Assembly (NCBI GenBank): GCA_905331295.1
Contig: CAJNYD010000044.1
Location: 62,001 to 126,000 of the forward strand
DNA from: Rotaria socialis
Taxonomy: Eukaryota
DNA: 64,000 bases
Direction of reading: 5' to 3'
A program made the position numbers and the translations under genes. The notes below the pieces were generated by a model. The model did not search any database. It was not told the DNA's origin and saw only the letters and a program-made list of their open reading frames with translations. Below, in pieces: positions 41,596 through 52,939 of this stretch. The number at the start of each line of letters is the position of its first letter. Position 1 is the stretch's first letter.

Positions 41596-42327
41596 ATGAA
41601 TCGATTTGCCGATGTAGACTATGAAAATAAGAGACTTCCATCAGTCTATGGATATTGGGATCATCCTATTTGGCCTTTTGAAAAGACAATGGAGCCTATC
41701 AAATGTCAAATTAACCGGCTTGATCGATTCACCAAAGTGGCGAAACAAGATTGCCATTTTCCTTCGGAACATGGTCTTACCCGTGATGAATCAGCTGCGG
41801 TATATTTGTATACAATGGAATGGGGCGATAACAGCTTATATCGTGTATTAAATAGAGCATTACGATCGGATGATAGAGATGCTGTTAAGCCATGGTTTCC
41901 CTTTCTGAGACTGTTTGAATCAGCACTTGAAAAACTACCATCTGTAAAAAAAAAGGCGTATGGCGCGGTGTCTTCGAAGACATTAGCAAGCGCTTTAAGG
42001 AGAATGAAATGATCACTTGGTGGGGTATAAGTTCTTGTTCATCAACAGTCAGTGTCATTAAGAAATTTCTTGGTGCTAACTCTACTCTTTTCTTGATCGA
42101 GAGTGTAAATGGCAAAAACATTTGCGGATATACAAATTATCCAAATGAAAATGAAGTGGTGTTGGGTCCGGGTACTCGGTTGCGAGTAGAAAGCAATGCT
42201 CTGGACCATGATGGTGGTCTGCATGTGGTTCATTTGCGAGAAATGACTGATGATGCAGAAATAGACATGACATCGACACTGGGTGACCTTCAATTGACTG
42301 AACACTCAGTCCAAAAAAGCAGATTAG
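41596..42327 (+). CDS. R-S-E ADP-ribosyltransferase exon split by a -1 frame change at an A9 run
   Basis: Frame 0 reads MNRFAD...LTRDESAAVYLYTMEW...LEKLPSVKK. After the A-run at 41946-41954 the homology continues in the -1 frame: GVWRGV, WWGISSCS, NENEVVL. Donor G|GTAAGT at 42327/42328. Confidence 0.85.
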
Positions 42328-42642
42328 GTAAGTACTCTCGAATGCTTCCGCTGGAGTTAGAGTGTAGCACAGCACTTTTCTCAAAGATTCTTATTAAAAA
42401 CATTAACCGTGCAATAGGTTCTTGTTTCAGTCAAAAACATATGCCAAATAAGGACTTGAGCAAATAACTGATCAATATGGTTCACTACAGTTTTCGAGTA
42501 AACTGTGGTTGGTACTGATTAGAAGTGGGTATGAATCAGTATATAATAAAATGATCTTCAGTTTCACAAATGAGTAAACACGGAAGTTCTATGAATCACT
42601 TCTTTGTTGTCATCCGATCTCAATGAACTCCATATATAAATC

Positions 42643-42823
42643 TAGGCATGTACCAAATCCCAAACTTTTGGTTTTGAGGTTTTCGTTGTCTTTTGAGATC
42701 CGTCGCAAAAGATTATATTTTCAAGCCAAAACCAAAACTTATATCATTATAAACAAAACTTTAAAACCAAAACCATTCTGAAAGCTGAAATTCAAAACGA
42801 CTATTGGTTTTGGTGCATGCTTA
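42643..42823. mobile_element. 181-bp hAT-like MITE
   Basis: TIRs TAGGCATGTACCAAA and TTTGGTGCATGCTTA. Perfect 8-bp TSD TATAAATC at 42635-42642 and 42824-42831. AAAACC subterminal repeats. Confidence 0.85.
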
Positions 42824-43353
42824 TATAAATCATAATTCGCATTTAGCAAAGATCCCTTGCAATACTCAGAACTATATAGTTGAAGTGATATGACAAAGAC
42901 CTAGAAAAGTATAAATATCGCAGTTGGATTATTATCACTCGAATCTCCGTTGTGACTAACCAAGCAACTACTGTGGGAAAATAACCACAGATACTAAAAA
43001 TTGAACAATTTTCGCGTTTTTCTCAACAAAACTGAAGAAAAGACCGTCTTGATCTCAATTTGACTCAAGCCCAAAAAGTGCTTGCTTATGATAAAAGGAC
43101 TCACCACCTCCACAATATCTTTACTGCTCTTAATCTTCGACTTTACCTCTACTTCTCAGCGAGTCATTGTGATGTTGCTCTAGATGTTACGAACTATACT
43201 CCGTGATGAAGAGTGGTCAATATTTTCAGTTAAAAGTTGACTCAATAGAACTAAGCCCTCCACTCCCATATTAGAAGACCCCCTGAAGAAAAAGTTTGTC
43301 CGACATAAAAGAAGACCCTCTGCGATGTTTAGTTAATTCGGCAATGTTAGTTT

Positions 43354-43975
43354 GAGAATACATCCTATTCCGCAATGTTGAACATTCCGAAACCAGTTCC
43401 GCTCACGGAACCAATTCCATCTAATTCCCGGAATTCCGTTTATCCATTCCGATTCAATTCCGGAATTACACGGAATTCAAACGGATTCCGCCTAATTCCC
43501 AACGGTTCTGGAATTCAGCGCACTTACACTAACATCCACACCCACACTTATGGCAACACCCAAACCATGCAATTCCGGTACGGAATTCCGGGAAGTGAGT
43601 CGAACAGGAATTGAACGGAATTCCGTCTAATTCCCAGCGATTCCTTATTGACCTAATTCCGGAATTCCGGACCGGAATCGGATCATGACGAAATGGGTAA
43701 GCAAGCTAGAATAGTGATATAAGTTGTAATTCCGGAATTACTAGCAATTCCGTGTAATTCCTAGGAATTCCCAGTGACTTCGCTTTCATCTAATTTCGGA
43801 ATTGGACTGAATTCCGTGGAATTCCGGGAATCGGACGAACTAATTCCGGAATCGAACAAAGCAGTTCCGGAATCGGACAGTGTTCATATTTGTCCTAATT
43901 CCGGAATCGACGGAACTGATTCCGGGGTGGAACTGGTTCCCGAATGTTCAACATTGCGGAATTGGATGACTGCTC
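43354..43975. mobile_element. Palindromic non-autonomous DNA element rich in GGAATTCC units
   Basis: Imperfect TIRs of about 45 bp (gag...catcc(t/a)attccgcaatgttgaacattc...). 8-bp TSD GTTAGTTT at 43346-43353 and 43976-43983. The interior is dense in (CC)GGAATTCC(GG). Confidence 0.85.
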
Positions 43976-44784
43976 GTTAGTTTCATACAATTTTTAAGAT
44001 TAAAAACGAATAATGATTCTTCTAATAGTTGATATTTTAGATAGAATCAAATAATGTATTGTATATGTTTTTAAGCTCTTGCAATAATTTTCACACTCTC
44101 ATAGAGAGAACAAAATGTATCAACTAACTAGACGTGCCAAACATAACATAATCCAATTTCAAGAAACAACGGTAAAGACGATAGAGAGAGAAGGAACATA
44201 TAGCGAGAAACTCGCACGAAATCAGAAACAAGACACGTGACAACACAAGATGCCGTCACACCCCCTTTAATCAATTAATTTTTTGCTAATTACGAACTTT
44301 AATTAGCGTTTTTTCATCAAAATATGTCTGATTCTTAGCATTTTAAGCTGAAAATATCAAGACAATGTGTTCACAGTTATAATGACACCCTTAAATTCCT
44401 AAAAATTAGCTTAGTTTTCTCGAAAACCTTTTAAATTAAATATTAGGAAAAAATGCGGTTCTTAATACAACACCCCCCGGAAAATAATAGAAGATCAGAG
44501 GTCTTTTATTGTGGGGGGTGATTAGCATATTTAGGTTTTTTGATAAAACTTATTTAGTAACTAAATTATGACATGTAAAACGCGAACATTCATTATGGAT
44601 CACTCGTTACATTGATCAAATATTAATCGTAGAATTTATTGCTAGACGTTATTGATAAAGTGAAATGAGCGTTTCAAGAATCTGTAGGTAGGATTATATT
44701 GTTATCATCTCAATATGCTTTGAAATACATACTTTAAAACTATCAATTATGGCCACTTTTAAAAGTTGCTGATCTTATTTATAG

Positions 44785-46310
44785 GGGAAAGCAGCAAAGA
44801 ATTCCAATGTACTATTCATCAAGGAGAATTAAAGGATCCAATGGTCTTGCCATGTACACACAAGTTCTGTCTTCACTGCTTAGGAATATGCATTCGGCAG
44901 AATGCTGCTGGAGAAGTTATTTGTCCTACATGCGATAGTGTACACAAGGTACCCATCGAATGGGAAAAGGTTTGGCGTTATCAAGCTATGAATACAGTGA
45001 GTCAATGTTTCGAACCAAAGCAGAGTGTACAGATAAAAAGAGCTATTAATTTCGTCGAAGATTCTTACTACAGATTTGGCAATTCGCCCCAAAGGATTAA
45101 GATAAACTCAGTACAAGAAGTCGAGAATACTAGGTTGAGGGCCAAATTTGAGAGGTGTAAAATTACCCTCAGCGACGCACACGTCGTAACTTTACTGCAT
45201 GGTACAAAAGCACAATTTGCCGCAGGAATTGCATCGGAAGGATTTCTAATTCCAACTTCTTTCAATCGAAATCCAGACAATGACGCTGAAGGGGAGCTCA
45301 AATTCGGAAAGGCTGTTTATTTTGCTCATGGCAAAAAAGCAACTGAGTATGGCAAAAATATTCTCGTTCTAACCGATTGCCTACTTGGTAAAGTTCAGGA
45401 AACAAACAAATCAGAGCTGAAACTAACGCCTGAAATTGTTCATAAACGAGGATATCATACGATTCATTACGAAAATATGATGGAAGGCCCAGTGAATCAG
45501 GAATGGGCTATATTTAGGAAAGAACAATGTTTACCAGTTTTCATAATCGATTATGAATTTATTGATGCTAATGATGTTATCGAGAGTGCTCTTGTCGAAC
45601 AAATAAAAGGAATGAACTACTTTTCTCCGGACTATGTTCTTCTTGAACAAGCTCTATTTGGTACCGACAACCAGTGCAAAGCTGTTCTCAAATTTGTTGG
45701 CGATCTTGGTCACACGTCTCCGAGGCATTCAACTATGATTATTCGTGCATTGCTATCACGAACTGAATCGATAAGAATGAACTCATTGCTAAATCATCAA
45801 AATGAAACAATTCGCATACTATTTTTACGAGCTCTTTGGTTATCAGGAAGAGATGATGCGCAGCTACAAAGCTTTCTGTATCAGTACATAGGACCAAATG
45901 CTCTAATTGAATCTTTAATATCGGGTTACAATGATGTTTCTTGGCGAGCCTGTGGTGTTCTAGCAAATATGGCTGCATTCATTCCAGGGATTCGACCTGT
46001 TTTAACCACAAAGCATGCTATTGCTCGTTTTAAAGCTTTATTAATAGAGGGAGTATCATTTCAAGATAGATTGTCTATTCTTACGGTCGTCAACTTAATG
46101 GCAAATATTGGTTGCACCGAGTATATAGCTATGAACAAGGAAAAAGATATTCAAGAATATTTGAACGAAACACTTATGGATCACCCAGATGAAGAAATTC
46201 AAGAGGCAGCGAATCGATTCTTTTGTAACTTAATCGGAAAAGGCATTGTGACACCAGACTGGCAACGAGCTGGCTATCAAGTCGTTGCATTGGCACCAGA
46301 TCTCGATTAA
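44785..46310 (+). CDS. Terminal exon encoding a RING-HC-like finger, a PARP-like (H-Y-E) ART domain and an ARM/HEAT-like helical region
   Basis: RING: CTIH..DPMVLPCTHKFCLHC..CPTC. PARP-like: LLHGT, FGKAVYFA, NQEWAIF. ARM-like: NDVSWRACGVLANMA. The track start is TTG and tttATAG|GG at 44784/44785 is a phase-1 acceptor, so the start lies in an upstream exon. Confidence 0.85.
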
Positions 46311-46825
46311 ACTCGCTAACCCGTACTCTCTAAAAACATTACAGAATTCGGTTATTCGAGTGTCTATACTAATTCAGTTCTTGAAACTGTTGTAGTGTTC
46401 AATCAAAACTTTTAACTTTTTTGTCATTCTTTCTCATTAAAGTTCTATTATTCCAGATTACGATACGATGATATTATACATAATTTTTTCAGAAGGTAGT
46501 TGGAGAATTTTGGTTTTAGATTGTGAGTGTGGATATGAGTGGCTACCACAGGACGTATACACGCACTGTTTCACATCTAAAATCACATCCTCCAGATATG
46601 TTACGAGATGTTTAACAGAGTAGGTTCATTTAATGGATTTAGAATCATGCGTTCAATTTGATGCACTCACTAATGAATGGTATTTTGGGTTCGTCAAAAG
46701 ATGGGATCATGTGTATAAAACAAAGAGGAGCATGTCTGACATAACAAATAATAAATGAGTGGTTTACAAAGCTGTATCATTTATTGTAAACATTGATTTG
46801 GGCTCATCAACAACGATGTGGTTAT

Positions 46826-47336
46826 TGATATTGTAAATTTTTAAATATTCTTCTTTATATTCTTTTTGTTTTTATTCAAATAAAAATAAAAATATAAGTA
46901 AACTGAAAATTATTTTTTGGAATAAAAGTTTATTTATGAAGTTTCGACCGTTGAAACTGTCTTCTCCAGATGATGTACATAAATGTATAGGTATCGTTTT
47001 TATTACTTTTTCTTTTCTTTTCTTTTCTTTTCTTTTTTTTTCTTTTCTAGCATAGTAGTGAAACGACTAGACTGAAACTGATAGGGGATGTGGGCTCTTT
47101 GTCTTCTTCCCCCGTCCCACAATCAAACTAGAACAGAAAGGAAAAGAAAAATAAATAAAAAGAATACCTATACATGCATGCTTATCATCTGGAGAAGACA
47201 GCTTCGACGATCGAGGCGTAATAAATATAAGTTTTTATTCCAAATCATAATATTCACTATACGAATATTTTTAATTTTAATTTGAATAAAAACAAAATGA
47301 GTATACAGAAGAATATTTAAAAAGTTACAATGTCAA
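46826..47336. repeat. Diverged inverted repeat (about 200-bp arms) with a degenerate minimal-hammerhead-like motif, as in Penelope-like element termini
   Basis: About 46826-47010 is the approximate reverse complement of about 47145-47336. Minus strand 46969-46941 reads CTGGAGAAGAC-agtttcaacg-GTCGAAAC. Confidence 0.6.
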
Positions 47337-47689
47337 AGAAAATATAGGATTGATTTAACGAAGGAAGTCATATTTTCAATGTTGATGATATTTGACTCTG
47401 ATAAAGAATCCAAAAAGAAATTCGCGATGATCAAAATAAGAACAATATATACACATCAGTAAGTTTTTTTTTCTAACCCACATTATTTTCTACTGAGAAA
47501 AAGTTTCAAGTAGAATTTCAAAAGGTTGAATCTTTTCATCGGTTTCACGTTAAACTTTTTCGATAAAATTTATTTTAGTTTTTAGAACCGACGTATGAAG
47601 TGGAAAGCCACAAACTTCATATATTACGCTTAATTTCTCATAGTACATATTTATTGCAACAATTAGATAGTTACACATTCAAGTATGTA

Positions 47690-47870
47690 AAAACTCAACA
47701 GAAAAATTTCTTGCGGGAATGTACTAATGTCCTTCGGGCATAAACCACTAGATAAATCTAATTTTATCAAATTATTTGCTAAACTATATGACTATGCATT
47801 AATACCTGCTCATTGTTCATCATCATTTCCAAAAGCTGGTATTTTCCGTATGATCCACGCATAATTCGGA
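47690..47870 (+). pseudogene. Decayed pogo/DDE_1-like transposase C-terminal fragment
   Basis: Translates KPLDKSNFIKLFAKLYDYALIPAHCSSSFPKAGIF, then after a frameshift PYDP. This resembles the F..xGIxPxDP motif ending DDE_1 domains. Confidence 0.4.
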
Positions 47871-50173
47871 ATGATAAATTTGATTAATAATAGTGTTGAT
47901 GCGTCAGAATCTTTGATAAATACAAATTCTCGTCAGCTATCATTTTCTGTTCAATTTGAGCCTGCACCCCGAAATCGATATCAAATATCAAATCCTATAA
48001 CAATTGTTAAATCAGATAAATTAACCAAATTTTCATCAACACTCAATTTACATAATTGAAGTAATTCAGATTTGATTATTTCTAAATTTGTCAGTATGCA
48101 TTATACTCATATTTCAAGAATCTTCTAAACAAGTCCATCTGAAAATACACAAGCTGTTGTATCCGGATTAAATAAGGGAACACCGATTACAACTAAAACG
48201 GCAAGCAATAATCAACCAAAAAATGTTATTGCAAGCTCAAATGTTCTTCCATTAACTTTGTCATCAGTTGGTCCAATTATTACTTCGTCATTCATGGATT
48301 CTATTGGAAAAAATCAGATAAAATTTTCTTTGTTAATAAATGTCATTTTTTATTTTTTAAACATGGATATTCTCGATCATTTATTGAAATGCTGGTTGAA
48401 AAATTCTTTACTTCAACAACAAAAGAATCACTTATAAAAAAAAGACTTTCATCTCATGAGTTTGGAACCACAATAATCGATCTTAATGCATGAGTATTAG
48501 TAAGCATGAAAAAGAAGAAAAAACGGAAACCCACAAAAATATCACAAAAAAAGAAGAAGAATTTATTGAAGAATCTTACAACAGATAAAAATACATTTTT
48601 TACAAAAATTTCCTCTTAATAGCAATGTTATAGTACTTCAAAATTTAATGCCAATAAACAAATTTCAATGTCATAATATTTCTGACATCAATTGATATTT
48701 ACACGTATTATTTTCATCTTTCTCTATTGCATATATAAAGTTATTTTGATTTTTAAATAAAAATGAACAACAATTTCAATTATGAAAAATTAATTTGTTC
48801 CATAGATCAACGCTAATATGAAGAGGCTCGTTATGAAAATATTTTCATTTTACTTACAACCTTAATACTTACAGTCTTTCTTAAACCTATTTTGAGTACC
48901 AAACGATAAATGTTTTATATATTCAAGACGATGAGGACTTATGATCAGGACCTATAAATGTATCGAAAATAAATTAACATCATACTTGAACTTTCTCTGT
49001 TGTCATAATTAGTTCTATTGAGATTGTAGAGCTGATATTTAGCTACCTATTCGGTAAAAACAGAAAAAAAATTCCCAAACTGGCCAAGTTGTGACAGGCC
49101 CAACTGACACTTGATTTTTTCCATGTATTTACCCCATTCTATTGTACTCTTTTGTTTAATAAATGTTAGGAAAGTTTTTTATACGTTATACTTTCAAAAG
49201 ACCTTCGAACAAATATCTACTGACATATGCTTTGCAGAAAACCATAAAATAAAAGGATTAATGAATATGTGCATAAACAAAAATAGGCCTTTTTTTATTC
49301 TACACTTATTATTTTAGTGTGTAGTTAACTTTGTATATAACTGTATATTCTCAATTTACTTTTGCCTTCATTAAGTTTTCTCATCTTGCTATAGTCTATC
49401 CTCCCCTACTATTTCTTGAGAATGAAGATATGTGAAGTTGGCAGTCGCAACCTACATGAAGTAATTTTTTAATTGTAAACTTTTCCAACTTGCATCATTC
49501 ATTGAGCCAAGCAGCAAATCAGTAACAATTTATGCGGAATCGATATCGATCAAGTTTTATGTCTCATTATGCTTGGATCATTTTCGATACATTTTCTAAT
49601 GCCTCTTTAACTATTCTAAATTTATGGTAATGCTAGGGCGCTGGCCACCTATTTACATGTTGAAGAAAGAAAAGTAATGAGATATACGTAGATTTCAACC
49701 TTTCCTTCAAAACTTGATATTTACATCCATGCAAAGTGTGTAGCATAGATTTGGTCCCAATCTTTACCTTCACTGCATTTAATAGGACTTGTAGTTGTAG
49801 CTGAATTCCGTGATTTCATAATTTCAGAAGCCGAAAAATTCGCCATGCATTGTGCATGAGGAAAGAAACTGACGGCTTCATCGAGTGTGCTCACGAGTAC
49901 ATACTTCCACTGAGCGCTACAACTTCAGTCATCAGTATATTGCCCTTCATACTCATCAATACCATTGTCATCCAGCAATGTTCCATTTCTATGCAAGATT
50001 GGCACGCACCCATCATACCCCAACATATCTAACGACTTCCTCACCTACATTCCATTGTAATTCCTTTCAGTTGCCATTTTTCTCCCACGTAAAATCTTGT
50101 GAACTGCTGTGCAACAAAATTGATTTGCTGATATCAGACTAAACTAGTTTTATGCCTTTTGTTTTTTTGTTAG

Positions 50174-52176
50174 ATGCCACTATCGGTGTACGTAATCTTT
50201 AATATTATATCATTTTGTGTGCAGTATACATTTTTATCTCCAACTACCGCATCAGTTTTTCAATTCACTGAAGAAGCACGGGCTGCTCTTTGTCCATTTG
50301 TTGGTACCACTGGAATGAGATGCTTCGATGGTAATCCTTTACATCGTTCTAGCAGAAACTTTGATTTAGAATTAACGAGATTGCCACGCGGCGTTGGCAT
50401 CAGTGTTGATAGAACTACTGGCCAAATGAAGGCTCCAGCGGTAAAATTAACATATCCATCTACAGGCAGTCGTACATGGACTGATGGTCATACAGGCGAA
50501 ATCTTTGATCTANGAATTGCAGCCGCTTACGATACTACTCGTATTCATATTTTTCACAATGCTTCACAGTTAAGTGCAGCATGGCGGCAAACATTTGCTG
50601 ATGGCAAAGTTCGTGGTGGTGAATTAGCCCGTCGGCCAGAAATGCTTGAATATTTCGAGAAGTAAGTACATTATTTCACTACGCAGAACTGAAACTGATT
50701 TCTAATCTTCCATCTATTAAAAATCTTAAAGAAATCCTTGATATGACAATTAAAAATAGAAAAACCTAATGTTATTAGCTTGAGACATAAATCTATGAAA
50801 TCGATTAGATACCCTTTTTGAAATCGTAGAAAATTAAGTAGAAGGTGTAGGTGATGAATGTCTGTGATCCGCTGTTCGAGTTCCATTTACGATGTGAGTA
50901 TAATTGAGAGTATCCATCTTTCGCAGTGCCTTGGATTTCTATAATTCTTATGCTTGCGACAATTGAAACTAACAGAAACGCTTCGATTTGTTAAAACTCG
51001 AATCTTGAAAACTTTAGCATGAATAATGGCAGTGGAAGTTACTTGCATTCTGCCAGTTTTATCACATTAAAACTTTTGCATTAGTTTATGTATTAGGAAG
51101 AAGCTTGTTTCTCGCAATTGATTGTTAGTAATAAAAACCAGAATTAGATTTAGGAGATATATTAGATACCCAGAACTGAAGCTGCTAACACTTGAATAAT
51201 CAATGAAGAAATTGATCAAGTGCTCGGTTACAAGAAGTTAGTCTTGAGTAATCAGGCATATTAATTCGTAACCTGTTGAATACGTTTGAAAATCGATGTG
51301 AAATATCTCACAGCGTTTGAAGAAGAAATATCTCACAGCGTTTGAAGAAGAAATATTCCGAGATTTTACTGTGTTAATAGTGGATAATCTTTACTTCTAT
51401 CAGAAATAATTGCGGAATCTAGCATACATTTACCAGTATCCATGCAAAACAGATCCACCTATAGACTTAGGTTTGTGAAATTTCAATGAATTTAAAATTT
51501 ATTTGTTTTTAGCTACTTCAGCCGTGAAGAGGCTTTAGCACTGTCTCAACGCGTAATTGGTCTGTACACGTTAACATTAAATGCCTCAGCTGTTCAGCTT
51601 AATGAATTTGCAAGTCGTGCAATTTCACAACTAACAGCAGCGTTTGACTCAGATCTCTATGAAGATTTTGTTGACACCTGGGGAACCCATATCATTACTA
51701 GATCACTTGTTGGTGGCATGATTGAAGAGCGAGCAAAAGTGATACGATGCTCTCGTGTGTCTGATGATGCTCGATTCGCTCACTGCATACCATTCGGTGA
51801 TCGGGGTCCAATTAGTTCTAACTGCACCTATTATACTGATCGGATGCGAGTGATTTCAAAGCGTCGTCTTGGTGGCAATCAGGAAATCGATAACGACTAT
51901 GAATGGAAAAAAACGTTGGCCACCGGACCCGCTCTGCTGCAGATTCTTGAGATGGTTCCTTTGTTTGAATTTGTTACTGATAAGGCGGTGAAACAAAATT
52001 TGATTACAATCATCCGGTATCGCCAAAGACAATTCGATGTTAGTCAAGCAGAATCCGTTCGACTAGTCGATTCACGTTTACAACCGTGTGTTTCAGGTGC
52101 TCAGACAATTACTAATGCACCGTTTAAGTCCTTAAGTGTTCCATATCCTATTTTGGGAGAATATTGCATTATATAA
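50174..52176 (+). CDS. Secreted MACPF (perforin-like) domain protein, at least 2 coding exons
   Basis: Hydrophobic N-terminus. Exon 1 ends AA|GTAAGT near 50660 and exon 2 starts TAG|CTAC at 51513 in frame. It contains YEDFVDTWGTHIITRSLVGG, close to the MACPF signature (Y/W)G(T/S)H(F/Y)x6GG with I in place of the aromatic residue. The N at 50513 may hide missing bases; the 3' end is uncertain. Confidence 0.85.
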
Positions 52177-52939
52177 TGAAACGAATGGATTGATGCATTG
52201 TTGCTTTTGTTTTTCATGAATCGATTTAATTGAACAGTATCCAATAGGATCATCTATTCGAGTGAGCTAGAGTCCTGTTTTGCAAACGATTAGTTCTTCA
52301 TTCAGTTTTGTTTTTTAATATTTACTACGAATTTTATAGAGTCGATTTGATTTGCCGATAGAGAGACCAAAATTATTTCCAAGATGCCTAAGATGACGAG
52401 TTACTCTTCAGTAGCTTTGTATATTTCGGACATAAATATTTTTTCACATTGCTTATGGGCTCCAACACTTTTTAAACATTCACTCGTCAATTTTGAACAA
52501 TGAATAAGTAGTTTTAGAAGTACTATTAAAAGTCTGTGAATTTCTGCATAAGTAAGATAGAAAGTAACCCAGAGATTATTCAGCTTTTAGTACAGATTGT
52601 CATATAAAATGGCAGTAGATGCAGAACTTAATCGTATAAAAAATAGTATAAATGACAGTTTTCGCAGTTAAATTGTCATCATTTCGAATGAATCCAGGGT
52701 TAGATCATAGAACGAATCTTAAGTACTCTCAAGAGACAAAGTCAAAGTCGGTTTTTTAATGAATAAAAAAAACAGTATTTATTGACAATCTATATAGTGG
52801 AGACACAAAACTATCGGCTCGTATACTTTACACCATGTATATTTTCTATAATTATAATAAGTATCAAGAAGATGTGTTCATTGTAATCCCATTCTTTATT
52901 TCTGTGTAAAATGTTTAAAAAATGTTCATATAATTGTAG

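Noticed and set aside
43375..43980. ORFs of 79 and 68 aa rich in NSG/IPE
   Set aside because: They are translations of GGAATTCC repeats inside a transposon.
51301..51356. 25-bp tandem duplication in the MACPF intron
   Set aside because: An ordinary local slippage duplication with no sign of function.
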